Source: an uncultured delta proteobacterium (GTDB lineage Bacteria > Desulfobacterota > Desulfobaccia > Desulfobaccales > 0-14-0-80-60-11). Taken from it: 64,000 nucleotides of DNA. Location: assembly GCA_963812015.1 (NCBI GenBank), contig CAWETI010000003.1:192001-256000 (forward strand), given 5' to 3'. The notes under the pieces were generated by a model that saw only the letters and a program-made list of their open reading frames with translations, was not told where the DNA came from and ran no database searches. Positions 20,209 to 30,381 of this stretch are shown piece by piece (position 1 is the first letter of the stretch; each line of letters opens with the position of its first letter). The translations under genes and the position numbers were made by a program.

Positions 20209-21705
20209 TCATTTTAGTAGCCGCTGAAAAATCTCATTGGCCAGTTGCGGGTTAGCCTGGCCCTTGGTTTTTTTCATAAGTTGCCCCACGAAGAAACCCA
20301 TGACCTTGGTCTTGCCCGCCTTGAAATTGGCCACCTCCTGGGGGTGGGCCTTGATAATCTCCCGGGCCGCGGCTTCCAGGGCCCCGGTGTCGCTGATCTG
20401 GGTTAGGCCTTTTTCCTTGATGATGGCCTCGGGCATGTTACCGGTGGCCTTCATATCTTCAAAGACCGTTTTGGCTATTTTCCCGCTGATGGTGCCCTTT
20501 TCCACCAGGGCCAGCAGCTGCGCCAGGGCTGTAGGAGTGACCTGCTTGTAAGTGATGCCTGAAAAATCCCTAACCCAATCCCTCAGCGACTCAGTCATGA
20601 TCCAGTTGCTTATCTTTTTGGCAATATTCTTTATATTTGGTGAACCGAATGCTTCTTCGCTGGGAATGCCGGAAGGCCTTATCTGTTGCCACTGGGGGAA
20701 CTCCTGGACCGCAGCCTCGAAGTAGTCGGCCAGGGCTTTATCTGAGGTCAGCACTTCGGCATCGTATTCCGGCAGATCGTATGCCGTCACGAAGCGCTTG
20801 AGGCGCGCCGTCGGCAGTTCCGGCAGGGTTTTTCGCAAGGCCTCCAACCAATCGGCATCGATCTTAATCGGCACCAGGTCCGGGTCGGGGAAGTAGCGGT
20901 AGTCGTGGGCCTCTTCCTTGCCCCGCATGGACACGGTCTGGTTGGCCGCGGTATCCCAGAGGCGGGTTTCCTGGATGATTTCCCGCCCCGCGGCCAGCAG
21001 GGCGCGCTGCCGCTTGATCTCATATTCCAGGGCGGCCTTGACGAACCGGAAGGAGTTCATGTTCTTGAGTTCGGCCCTGGTGCCGAACTCGGTTTGCCCC
21101 ACCGGGCGCAGGGAGATGTTGGCGTCGCACCTGAGCGAGCCTTCCTCCATGTTGCCGTCGCAAACCTCTAAATAGAGGAGGATATTCCGCAGGCCCTTGA
21201 AGTATTCCACCGCCTCCTCGGGGGTGCGCATATCCGGTTCGCTGACGATCTCAATGAGGGGCACCCCGGTGCGGTTAAAGTCCACAAAACTCACCGGCCG
21301 GGATTCGCTGTGGATCAGTTTGCCGGCATCCTCCTCCATATGGATGCGGGTGATGCCGATGCGCCGGGCCCGGCCTTCCACCTTGATGTCCAGGTAGCCG
21401 TGTTCAGCCAGGGGTAATTCGTACTGGGAGATCTGGTAACCCTTTGGAAGGTCAGGATAAAAGTAATTCTTCCGGGCGAAGACCGACTCGGGATTGACCC
21501 GGCAGTTGGTGGCCAGGGCCATCTTCAGGGCGAACTCCACCGCCTTCCTATTCAGGACCGGGAGAGAACCGGGCATCCCCAGGCAGACCTCGCAGACCTG
21601 GGTGTTGGGCGCAGCCCCAAACCCAGTGGCGCAGCCGCAGAAGATTTTGCTGGCGGTGCGCAGCTCGGCGTGAATTTCTAACCCGATAACCGCTTCATAT
21701 TCCAC
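20209..21705 (-). CDS. gatB: Asp-tRNA(Asn)/Glu-tRNA(Gln) amidotransferase subunit B
   Basis: [57 protein letters not shown]. Confidence 0.98.
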   Translation of the reverse strand: MEYEAVIGLEIHAELRTASKIFCGCATGFGAAPNTQVCEVCLGMPGSLPVLNRKAVEFALKMALATNCRVNPESVFARKNYFYPDLPKGYQISQYELPLAEHGYLDIKVEGRARRIGITRIHMEEDAGKLIHSESRPVSFVDFNRTGVPLIEIVSEPDMRTPEEAVEYFKGLRNILLYLEVCDGNMEEGSLRCDANISLRPVGQTEFGTRAELKNMNSFRFVKAALEYEIKRQRALLAAGREIIQETRLWDTAANQTVSMRGKEEAHDYRYFPDPDLVPIKIDADWLEALRKTLPELPTARLKRFVTAYDLPEYDAEVLTSDKALADYFEAAVQEFPQWQQIRPSGIPSEEAFGSPNIKNIAKKISNWIMTESLRDWVRDFSGITYKQVTPTALAQLLALVEKGTISGKIAKTVFEDMKATGNMPEAIIKEKGLTQISDTGALEAAAREIIKAHPQEVANFKAGKTKVMGFFVGQLMKKTKGQANPQLANEIFQRLLK

Positions 21706-21720
21706 GGGGCACGCCCTGCC

Positions 21721-22509
21721 TTACGATTTCGTAGCCAGCCGTTCGTGAATCAGGTCGGCGACTTTGAGGCCCGAGAGGATCATACCGCCGAAGATGGCGC
21801 CCATACGGTTGACGCCGGCGGTGGCGGTGGCGGCCATGCCGGCCACGAAAAAGCCCGGATAAATCTCTTTGGTGTGTTCAATGGTGCCTTTTTCGCCCAC
21901 CTCCGACCACATGGAGCGCTCCCCGCCGATGCCGCCGCTGGGGGTGGCCAGGGTGATGGGCTGGTTTTTCCGCAGGAGCACGTGCACCACCTCCAGGTCG
22001 TGGCCGGTAGCGTCGATGGTGCATTTGGCCCGGATCACCAGGGGGTCCACGTGGAGGCGGGCCATCTCCACCGCGGTCCACTCAATCACCAGGCCGGTGA
22101 CCCGGTCCTCCCGGACCATGACATCTTCCACGCTGATGCAGTTGAATACGGTGGCCCCGGCTTTCACCGCCTGGGACGCCAGGGTGGTGACGGCCTCCAC
22201 CGCATCGGCGGTGTAATACCCGTCATAGATGGGCTTGAGGCGAATCCCCAACTCGTCCAGGACGGGTTTGGCCGCTTCCTGGATGACGATTTCATTGAAC
22301 ATCATGCCGCCGCCCCACATGCCGCCGCCGATGGAGAGCTTCCGTTCGAAGATGGCTACTTTGTGGCCCCGCTGGGCCAGGCGCCAGGCCGAAGTGAGCC
22401 CGGAGACCCCGCCCCCCACCACGGCTACATCCAGGTCCAGATGGTCCAGCAGTTTCTGAGTATAACGCTCAATGATTGCCCGTGAAATGAGAATTTCATC
22501 CAATGCCAT
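21721..22509 (-). CDS. thi4: Sulfide-dependent adenosine-diphosphate thiazole synthase (Thi4 family, His form)
   Basis: GGGVSG, GGGMWGGGMMF, LHVDP, DATGH, RMGAIFGGMILSG. Confidence 0.92.
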   Translation of the reverse strand: MALDEILISRAIIERYTQKLLDHLDLDVAVVGGGVSGLTSAWRLAQRGHKVAIFERKLSIGGGMWGGGMMFNEIVIQEAAKPVLDELGIRLKPIYDGYYTADAVEAVTTLASQAVKAGATVFNCISVEDVMVREDRVTGLVIEWTAVEMARLHVDPLVIRAKCTIDATGHDLEVVHVLLRKNQPITLATPSGGIGGERSMWSEVGEKGTIEHTKEIYPGFFVAGMAATATAGVNRMGAIFGGMILSGLKVADLIHERLATKS

Positions 22510-22723
22510 GATGGGTCCTTTCTCTATGCGAAATTGTGTTAAAAATATCTAACCCCCCTCGTTCTGTCAAGTAGATGGCCCTCGTCGGAACCTGGATGAA
22601 CCGGGAGGGCGACGGCCGGACGAGCCGCTAGCCTTGGGGCGCCCCCTTCCCCGGGGAGGATTTGCTTTTGCCCGGCAGAAACATAAATTGTATAGTGAAA
22701 AGAAATTCTCCGAGGATCAAAGC

Positions 22724-23527
22724 ATGCCCTCAATCAAGCTCAAGGCCTTCGCCTTGCTGGAAAAAGTTCGGGCGGAAAGCCCGGTGGTCCATCACCTGAC
22801 CAACTGGGTCACCATCTACGACTGCGCCCAGGTGGTTAAAGTGCTGGGCGCCTCCCCGGTCATGGCTCACGCCAGGGAAGAGGTGGAGGAGATGGCCCGG
22901 CTGGCGTCTGCCCTGGTCCTCAATATCGGCACCCTGACCGTGGAGATGGTGGAGGCCATGAAACTGGCGGCTAGATGCGCCAACGCCAAGGGGATTCCGG
23001 TGATCCTGGACGTCTGCGGCGCGGGGGCCACCTCCCTGCGGGACCGGAAGAGTTTTGAGCTCCTGGATGAAGTGCGGATTGATCTCATTAAGGGCAACGC
23101 CTCGGAGGTGGCCCGGATCAGTGGCGCTCAGGTTCGGACCAAGGGGGTGGACGCCGCCCCGGTGGAGGTGGATCTGGAGGAAGTGGCCCAGAGCCTGGCC
23201 CTCAGGCGCAAGTGCACGGTGGTCATCACCGGCCCGGAAGACCTGGTGGTTGACGGCAGCCGGCGGTTTATCGTCAAAAACGGCCACCCCCTCATGTCCC
23301 GGGTGGTGGGCACCGGCTGCATGGCGGCTTCGGTGATCGGCGCCTTTGCCGCGGTGGAGCCGGACCTGGCCCTGGCCGCGGCCGCCGGCCTGGTCTGCTT
23401 CAACGTTGCCGCGGAGCTGGCCGCCGAACTGTCTCCGGGCCCCGGCACCTTCAAGGTGAAGCTCTTTGACTGCCTGCACGATCTGGATGAGCCGACTCTG
23501 GCGGAGCGGCGGCGGGTGAGTGGTTGA
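22724..23527 (+). CDS. thiM: Hydroxyethylthiazole kinase
   Basis: HHLTNWV, GASPVMA, LNIGT, KGNASE, VVGTGC. Confidence 0.95.
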   Translation: MPSIKLKAFALLEKVRAESPVVHHLTNWVTIYDCAQVVKVLGASPVMAHAREEVEEMARLASALVLNIGTLTVEMVEAMKLAARCANAKGIPVILDVCGAGATSLRDRKSFELLDEVRIDLIKGNASEVARISGAQVRTKGVDAAPVEVDLEEVAQSLALRRKCTVVITGPEDLVVDGSRRFIVKNGHPLMSRVVGTGCMAASVIGAFAAVEPDLALAAAAGLVCFNVAAELAAELSPGPGTFKVKLFDCLHDLDEPTLAERRRVSG

Positions 23528-24174
23528 GGGGATACTATTTCATCACCGAGTCGGTCTTGAGCCGGGCCGGGAACCTCAGGGACGTGGCCAGCGCGGTGGC
23601 CGCGGGGGTCCGGGTGGTGCAGTACCGGCAGAAGCAGGGCCACAGCCGGGATTTGGTGGGCGAAGCCCGGCAACTGCGGGAGCTCTGCTGCCGCACCCTC
23701 TTTTTGGTCAACGACCGGGTGGACCTCGCCCTTGAGGTGGGGGCCGACGGGGTGCACCTGGGCCAGGAGGACCTGCCCTACCCCGAGGCCCGCAAAATCC
23801 TGGGCCCGGAGAAAATCATCGGGGTCACGGTTCACAATCTGGCCGAAGCCCTGGCGGCGCAGGCCTGGGGGGCGGATTACCTGGGGGTGTCGCCAATATT
23901 TGCCACCGCCACCAAGGCCGACGCCGGCGCCCCCGCCGGGGTTTTCCTGCTGGCCGAGATTCGCCGGCGGGTATCCCTCCCCCTGGTGGCCATCGGCGGC
24001 ATCACCCTGGCCAACGCCCCGGAGGTCATTGGGGCCGGGGCCGACGCGGTGTGCGCCATCTCGGCGGTGGTGGCAAAAACCGACGTCCGGGCCGAGATTG
24101 AGAAATTTCAGAGGTTGTTCCGTGAGAAAATTTCGGGAAAACTGACGGATAAGCCGGATGAAGGTGACTCGTAG
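23524..24174 (+). CDS. thiE: Thiamine-phosphate synthase
   Basis: VQYRQK, VNDRVD, DGVHLGQED, TATK, VAIGGI. Confidence 0.95.
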   Translation: MRGYYFITESVLSRAGNLRDVASAVAAGVRVVQYRQKQGHSRDLVGEARQLRELCCRTLFLVNDRVDLALEVGADGVHLGQEDLPYPEARKILGPEKIIGVTVHNLAEALAAQAWGADYLGVSPIFATATKADAGAPAGVFLLAEIRRRVSLPLVAIGGITLANAPEVIGAGADAVCAISAVVAKTDVRAEIEKFQRLFREKISGKLTDKPDEGDS

Positions 24175-24311
24175 GGGCGGTGCCCTCACCGTCCCTACAT
24201 TACTATATCCACCCACAATTTGCCCTTGGCGCAGCCGGTTATCTCCGGTACAGTAGATTTGCCGGCATGGGGGTTACCCTTTATTGTAGAGGCGGACCCA
24301 TGTGCCCGCGC
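24171..24311. repeat. Two GTAG-type REP units (24171-24198 and degenerate 24286-24311)
   Basis: GTAGGGGCGGTG-CCCT-CACCGTCCCTAC and GTAGAGGCGGACCCATGTGCCCGCGC. Confidence 0.6.
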
Positions 24312-24441
24312 AGCGCCGGCGCGGCTTGCTCTTTGGGGGAGCAGTTCAAAGTATTCCTGAAACGCCATAATAGGCAAGTATGTCATAAATCAGGGATTCT
24401 TTCCCTGGTTCAATAAATCCTTCTGATCTTCGAGGTATCAT

Positions 24442-25377
24442 ATGTCTCGCATAGCTTGTTTGTTTCCCGGGCAGGGTTCCCAATACGTGGGCATGGGCCG
24501 GGACCTCTTTGACGCCGACCCCGGCGCCCGGGAGTTGTTCGAGTTGGCGGAGGGCACCACCGGCCTCCCCTTACGAAAACTCTGTTTCACCGGCCCCATG
24601 GAGGAACTCACCCTGACGGTGAATCTCCAGCCCGCGGTTACGGTGATTAATCTCTGTCTCTACCAGGCCCTGGCCCAGGCCGGGGTGAAGCCCCAGGCAG
24701 TGTGCGGTCACAGCCTGGGCGAGTACAGCGCCCTGTTTGCCGCCGGGGTGCTGAGCGCCGGGGACACTATCGCCGCGGTCCGGGAACGGGGCCGCCTCAT
24801 GCACCGGGAGGCGGAAAAATATCCCGGCGCCATGGCGGCGGTCATCGGACTGACCCCGGAGAAACTGAAGGGGCTGGTCCATCCCTTGACCAAAGAAGGC
24901 CCCATCGCCCTGGCCAACTTCAATACCCCGGAGCAGACGGTAATTTCCGGGACGCCGGAAATGGTGGCCCGGGCGGGAAATCTGGCCAAAGCCGAGGGGG
25001 CCCGCGTGGTGCCCTTAAAAGTCTCCGGGGCCTGGCACTCGCCCCTGATGATGGGAGCCAACGCCGATTTTGCCGCGTTCATGGACACCTTAAATTTTCA
25101 GACGCCCACGCTCCCCCTTTACCTCAATGCCAGCGCGGCCCCGGAGACGAACCCAGGCATCCTGCGGGCGGCCATGGGCGCCCAGCTCACGTCCCCGGTG
25201 CGCTGGGCCGAACTCATCCTCAACCTGAAGGCCGCCGGGGTGGACACCTGGGTGGAGGTGGGGCCGAAGAATGTCCTCAAGGGCCTGGTGCGCAAAATCC
25301 TGCCCCAGGACCCCCCCGAGAGTTTTCATAACGTGGAAAACCGGGAGAGTTTGGAGAAGTTTTTAAACGCAATTTAG
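24442..25377 (+). CDS. fabD: Malonyl-CoA:ACP transacylase
   Basis: FPGQGSQ, GHSLGEY, VSGAWHS, SPVRW, EVGP. Confidence 0.96.
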   Translation: MSRIACLFPGQGSQYVGMGRDLFDADPGARELFELAEGTTGLPLRKLCFTGPMEELTLTVNLQPAVTVINLCLYQALAQAGVKPQAVCGHSLGEYSALFAAGVLSAGDTIAAVRERGRLMHREAEKYPGAMAAVIGLTPEKLKGLVHPLTKEGPIALANFNTPEQTVISGTPEMVARAGNLAKAEGARVVPLKVSGAWHSPLMMGANADFAAFMDTLNFQTPTLPLYLNASAAPETNPGILRAAMGAQLTSPVRWAELILNLKAAGVDTWVEVGPKNVLKGLVRKILPQDPPESFHNVENRESLEKFLNAI

Positions 25378-25410
25378 GATTTTCAGGGAGACCAGGGGAA
25401 AACTGCTTTT

Positions 25411-25484
25411 TTGTCATCCTGAGCGTCGCGAAGGATCTCATCTATCTGAAAATACGAGATTCTTCGCTTCGCTCAGAATGACAA
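25411..25484. repeat. TGTCA-type REP-like inverted repeat pair
   Basis: TTGTCATCCTGAGCG..CGAAGGATCTC / GAGATTCTTCG..CGCTCAGAATGACAA form a long hairpin. Confidence 0.75.
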
Positions 25485-25522
25485 ACTGGTGAAATTGTGG
25501 TTGGCCAAAAAGGGATGGCGTT

Positions 25523-26188
25523 ATGGAAAAAACTAATCCCCAGATACTTGTTTTTGCTTCCGGGACAAAAACCGGTGGCGGATCCGGATTTGAGACGATG
25601 GTAAGAGCTGCGAGGACCAGGCCGCCAATTTTAGACGCTTGGATTTGTGCGGTTGTCACTAATCATTTTGAGGGCGGTGTTTGGCATAAGGCAAAAGCTC
25701 TCGGAATACATTCCGAATACTGGGGTGGTCCCTATCTTGCCAAGGGCTACCAAAACTTTGTAAAGTATTTCAACGCTGATTATGTCATGCTTTCCGGCTG
25801 GCTGAAGCTGGTAGCAGGCCTTGACCCGGCGCGTACGATTAATATCCATCCTGGTCCTTTGCCACGATTTGGTGGGCCGAAACTTTACGGACACTATGTT
25901 CACGAAGCGGTTATGGCAGCTTATCACCGCGGGGACATTACCCACAGCGCGGTCACCATGCATTTTGTTGATGCGATATATGACCGCGGCCCGATATTTT
26001 TCGCTCTACCTATTCCCATTGAGCCGAGCGATACACCGGAGACCTTGGCTGCAAAGATGAATCGTGCTGAACATGAATGGCAACCCCGGGTTCTCAACTA
26101 TGTAGTGCACGGACAGGTGCGGCTGGTCGGCAAAGAAGTTGTCTATGAGACCGAAGAACTGAAGCGCCTGCTGATGCCAGAAGCGTAG
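25523..26188 (+). CDS. Formyltransferase, phosphoribosylglycinamide formyltransferase (PurN)-like
   Basis: VFASG, LSGWLK, NIHPGPLPRFGG, VHEAV, TMHFV, YDRGP; lower GC than flanking genes. Confidence 0.8.
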   Translation: MEKTNPQILVFASGTKTGGGSGFETMVRAARTRPPILDAWICAVVTNHFEGGVWHKAKALGIHSEYWGGPYLAKGYQNFVKYFNADYVMLSGWLKLVAGLDPARTINIHPGPLPRFGGPKLYGHYVHEAVMAAYHRGDITHSAVTMHFVDAIYDRGPIFFALPIPIEPSDTPETLAAKMNRAEHEWQPRVLNYVVHGQVRLVGKEVVYETEELKRLLMPEA

Positions 26189-26368
26189 TAAGTCAAAAAC
26201 GTAAAAATTGCGGGGAAGATCTAATCAATCAGGGCAGGTTCCTATCCTTTATCTTCAAATTTTAAAATGTGGCGATATAATGACAATATTTGAAGCGAGA
26301 CTAGAAAGTTAAAAGAGCATTATCCACTGAGTTAATCCTATTCGCCTTGTTGTCCTTAATCGAACAAT

Positions 26369-28615
26369 CTACTTCCCATCCATCACCGTTACCGCGTCCC
26401 AGTCGGGGGGCGGCGGAGTTTCCTGATATTTTTGGGCCAGGGTAACGTAGCGCTGGCAGGTGGCGTCGCCGGGGCGCATTTCCAGGGTTTGGGCAAAGGC
26501 GGCCAGGCTCTCGGGGAAGCGCCGTTCCCGATAGAGGGTCAGGGCCCGATGGTATAACTCCAGGAACCGGGCCAGCTCCGGGTCCGGCTCGCCTTCTCCC
26601 AGCAGTTCGTGGATGCGGACCCCCTGGGCCTTGCCTTTGACCCTTACCATATCCACGTCCCGGAGGATGAAACCGGTTCCCAGGGATTTGGCGGTGGTGT
26701 CGCTGATGAGGATGTTGGTGCCGTAGTATTTATTGAGCCCCTCCAGGCGGGAGGCCAGATTGACGTTGTCGCCGATGGCGGTGTAGTCGAAGAGCCGGTC
26801 GGAGCCCATGTTGCCCACGGCCACCGGGCCGGAGTTGACCCCCACCCCGACCCTCAGGAGGGGGCGGCCCTGCTCGGCCCAGGTCCGGTTCATGGCCTCC
26901 AGACTGGCCACCATCTCCAGGGCGGCGCGGCAGGCCAGGCGGGGATGGTCCGCCTGTATGAGCGGGGCCCCGAACAGGGCCATGATGGCGTCCCCCATGT
27001 ACTTGTCGATGGTCCCCCCCTGGTTGATGATAATGTTGCTCATGGGATTGAGGAAGTCGTGGAGGAGGTTCACCAGGGCTTCGGGGTCCAGGTTCTCCGA
27101 CATGGTGGTGAAGCCCCGGATGTCGGTGAACAGGATGGTGATCTCCCGGCGCTCCCCTCCCAGACGCAACTGTTCGGGGTGCTTCAGCATCTCCTGGACG
27201 ACGGTGGGGGCCACATAGGATTCAAAGGCCTTGCGGATGCGCTCCCGCTCCCGCTCCTCGGCCAGGAACCGATGCATGGTGACGCCCAGGTAGACCAGGA
27301 CAATGAGGACCAGGGGATAGAAGAGCTCCAGCTGGAGGCCCTGGCGGGAAAATAGGTAATAGTTGAGACTCACGTAGCTTTCTATGACGATGAGAGTGAA
27401 GATTAAGGCCCAGGCGGCGGAGAGCCGGGGCAGCGCCAACCCCAGCAGGATCGCCAGGACCACCAGGATCAACAGCATGAGGACCAGGCCGAAGGGCGGG
27501 GTGCGGAGAAAATTTCTCTGGAGCAGGTTGTCCATAATGGTGGCCTGCACCTCCGCCCCGGGGAAGTTCCCGGAGAACGGCGTGACCCGTAGGTCGTAGA
27601 TGCCCACCGCGGTGGCCCCCACCAAGACGATCTTGTCCTTCAGGGCCCCGGCCGGCAGGCTGCGGTTCAGAACGGCGGCGGCGGAATAAGTCGGGATGAG
27701 GCCCTCGTGGCCTAAATAATTGATGAGCATCCGGCCATAGCGGTCCACGGGCACCGATCGCCGCCCCAGGCGGACATTTTCCACTCCCCACCGGGACAGG
27801 GTGATGGCCATGGGGGCCCGCCCTTCGTATTGGGACAGGCTTACCAGGGCCAGGGGGGCAAAGAACTCGCCGCTATACATGACGGTCATGGGAAACCAGC
27901 GTACGGCGCCGTCGGGATCGGGGATCATGTTGAAATAGCCATCGGCGGCGCCGGCTTCGGAGATCTCCGGGAGATTGCGTTCAATGCCGCTGGCGCCCAC
28001 CAGGCGAACCTGAGAAGGGTTGGTGTCCAGGAGGCGCACCACATTGTAGGTGGAGGACCGGATGAAAGAGGTTCCCATGAGCTTCTCCGGTTCAACTCCG
28101 CCGGTCCTGCCGCCCAAGCTCCGGAAAAAGAACCCCAGGACGGTGGGGGAACCCTGCTTAATGACCTGGGCCAGGAGACGGTCCACGTTGGTGCGGTTTT
28201 TCTCCGCGTCCAGGATTTTGAGGACTTCCGGAGAGACTTGGCGCTGGATGCACTCAGCGTAAAGTTTATTGATGGTCTGATGCGCCACCGTCTCTTCCTT
28301 CTCGGCAAAGATAATGTCCAAGGCGATGACCCGGGGCTCGGCCTGCTTCACCCCCGTGAGCAGTCGGGCCAAGTCCTCCCGGGACCAGGGCCAGCGGCCC
28401 ACGGCCTTGAGGCTGTCGTCATCGACGGCCACGATGACCACTTGCTGACTAGCGGTGCGGCCGCCCCGAAACCGGAACTTGAGATCGTACAGTTTGAGTT
28501 CGAGAAACTCGCAGAAGGTGGGACGCCAGGTGAGCAGAACGGCCACCAAAAGGGTGACGCCGACGATCCAGCGGGCGATGGGCGATTTAGCCAGGGCGGC
28601 CAGGCGACGTATCAT
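26369..28615 (-). CDS. CHASE2-domain class III adenylate/guanylate cyclase
   Basis: GRWPWSR and DxDGxxR CHASE2 motifs, three TM helices, FTDIRGFT, DKYMGDAIMA, YTAIGDNVNLASRLE; K...T/D specificity residues suggest ATP substrate. Confidence 0.93.
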   Translation of the reverse strand: MIRRLAALAKSPIARWIVGVTLLVAVLLTWRPTFCEFLELKLYDLKFRFRGGRTASQQVVIVAVDDDSLKAVGRWPWSREDLARLLTGVKQAEPRVIALDIIFAEKEETVAHQTINKLYAECIQRQVSPEVLKILDAEKNRTNVDRLLAQVIKQGSPTVLGFFFRSLGGRTGGVEPEKLMGTSFIRSSTYNVVRLLDTNPSQVRLVGASGIERNLPEISEAGAADGYFNMIPDPDGAVRWFPMTVMYSGEFFAPLALVSLSQYEGRAPMAITLSRWGVENVRLGRRSVPVDRYGRMLINYLGHEGLIPTYSAAAVLNRSLPAGALKDKIVLVGATAVGIYDLRVTPFSGNFPGAEVQATIMDNLLQRNFLRTPPFGLVLMLLILVVLAILLGLALPRLSAAWALIFTLIVIESYVSLNYYLFSRQGLQLELFYPLVLIVLVYLGVTMHRFLAEERERERIRKAFESYVAPTVVQEMLKHPEQLRLGGERREITILFTDIRGFTTMSENLDPEALVNLLHDFLNPMSNIIINQGGTIDKYMGDAIMALFGAPLIQADHPRLACRAALEMVASLEAMNRTWAEQGRPLLRVGVGVNSGPVAVGNMGSDRLFDYTAIGDNVNLASRLEGLNKYYGTNILISDTTAKSLGTGFILRDVDMVRVKGKAQGVRIHELLGEGEPDPELARFLELYHRALTLYRERRFPESLAAFAQTLEMRPGDATCQRYVTLAQKYQETPPPPDWDAVTVMDGK

Positions 28616-28931
28616 GGGTGGCAACCAGAGAATTTTGATGATTGGGGGCCGGTGGCCGGCCGGGCGGGCCGCCGAAAATAAAGCTGGGCCGGCATGAACC
28701 TGGCGCACCTGGTCCCCATGTGGCTCATGCCATCATAAGGAGATATGCAGCATAAGTAAATATTTTTAGGGACCGCCGGGAAAATATTGGCGCGGCCCGG
28801 AGGAAAGGCGCACCATTCCCTTGGAGAAACGAAAAATGTCGTGGGGGAAGAGCAATCGGCGGGGGGGATCAATGGCCTTATCCAGCCTAGGGGGACGGCG
28901 GGGCGTGCCCCTAAACTGAAGTTCATATTTT

Positions 28932-29876
28932 CTATTGTAAGCCGGGGCTATAAGTCCCACTGCCACTAGGAGAGCTGGGCGCCACGGGGGCCGCGGGTGG
29001 CGTGGGGGCTGGTTGTTGCTGCTTGGGCACTAAGATGGGCGGCACCGTGACGGTGGTTAGGTTGCCTATGGTGTTCTGGGCCCCCGTTGGATTAAGGGAG
29101 ACGGGGATGGTTGAACTCAAGGAGCCCTTGGGGACCCCCGGGGCATGGAAATTTTTGCCCTGGATGGGAGCATAGGTGGTGAGCTGGCGCATGAACAGCA
29201 TTTGGTCTTGGGAGGTGATGGTAAAGGGCTTAGTCGGGGGCAGGTTCTGGGCCACCGTGGTGCCTTGCATATCGTGGAGCAATACCCATCGGTTTCCGCC
29301 ATTGTTCCACGGGCCGAAGGAGAAGGCCACCTTGAAAACCTTCCGGTACAGCTGGCTCACTTCGGGATAGATATTGCCCACCTGGGTGCGCCCCGTGAAA
29401 TTGAGGATCGTCGAACTGTTGGGTTGGTTGCGAATCCCGAACTCGGTACCCCTGACCCCGACGATGGCGGTCTGGGTCTTGATGATGAAATCAGGCTCCT
29501 CGGCCTTTAAGATTTTGTTGACCACGGTGAGGGCCAGCCCCTGAAAAATTTCCAGCACCGCCCGGCGCTTTTCCTGGGCGGGTTCGAACGTGAACTCCTC
29601 AATGGCGACGCGGCTTTCCTGGGACAAGGTCAAGGTGGAATTGTCGACAAAGGTTATCTGGGCCTTGGACAGGGACTTGGTGCGGACGACGTCGCCGGGC
29701 TCCACCGTATCGCCAACCTTGAGGGCGATAGCGGGCAGATTACCACCCTTCAGGAGATCCACCCGGCCTTCCAACTGGGCCAGACGGCCCACGACCCCGG
29801 CGCCGGCCACGGATGAGCATATTAGCATCAGAGCGAGGGCAACCCACCCAGACATCAAAACCTTCCGTACCTTCAT
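28932..29876 (-). CDS. Exported FecR-domain protein with Pro-rich tail
   Basis: Signal peptide; GDVVRT..S.A.ITF.D.S.LTL...S and TAIVGVRGTEF FecR pattern. Confidence 0.8.
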   Translation of the reverse strand: MKVRKVLMSGWVALALMLICSSVAGAGVVGRLAQLEGRVDLLKGGNLPAIALKVGDTVEPGDVVRTKSLSKAQITFVDNSTLTLSQESRVAIEEFTFEPAQEKRRAVLEIFQGLALTVVNKILKAEEPDFIIKTQTAIVGVRGTEFGIRNQPNSSTILNFTGRTQVGNIYPEVSQLYRKVFKVAFSFGPWNNGGNRWVLLHDMQGTTVAQNLPPTKPFTITSQDQMLFMRQLTTYAPIQGKNFHAPGVPKGSLSSTIPVSLNPTGAQNTIGNLTTVTVPPILVPKQQQPAPTPPAAPVAPSSPSGSGTYSPGLQ

Positions 29877-30381
29877 AAAATTTTCCTCGGATGACCCGCC
29901 TGTGGGTCTGGTTTGGTTAGGGACCGGAGATAAGGCGAATTCGGGACCTTTTGAACCGTTATCGGCAGCTTGAGCAAATTCTTGATTTTTTGGCGATCCC
30001 TACGGTGCGCGTGATCGGCCGGCCGATGGCCGAAGAACGCCTTGAGGCCCTGATGCTGTTATGGTTAGGGGCTCCCCAGGCGCGGCCGCAGGCCGCCCGG
30101 CGACACCGACCGGCCACCTGGGGGGGGTGCGCCACCAGTCAATGGCCAGTCAGGGGGGTAATTATCTCCATAAAATTTATCAGGAAAAGCGGCGGGAGCA
30201 GACGAATCTCTGGGGTTGGTGAAGATGGGGGGAGGGTGGCTTAACGTCAAAAACCACGGCCCCGGGATCCAGGTGACCACGGGGCCGCTATGAACCCGGG
30301 GAGAAAAGGTCCCCGGTGCAGGTGACTTAGCGAATCATCTGCACCGCCCTTAACCTCCCGGCTGGTGGGCACAAGTGCCCG

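Noticed and set aside
22510..22723. TPP riboswitch between thi4 and thiM
   Set aside because: Conserved CTGAGA and ACCTGAT..TAAT..GCG elements were not found on either strand.
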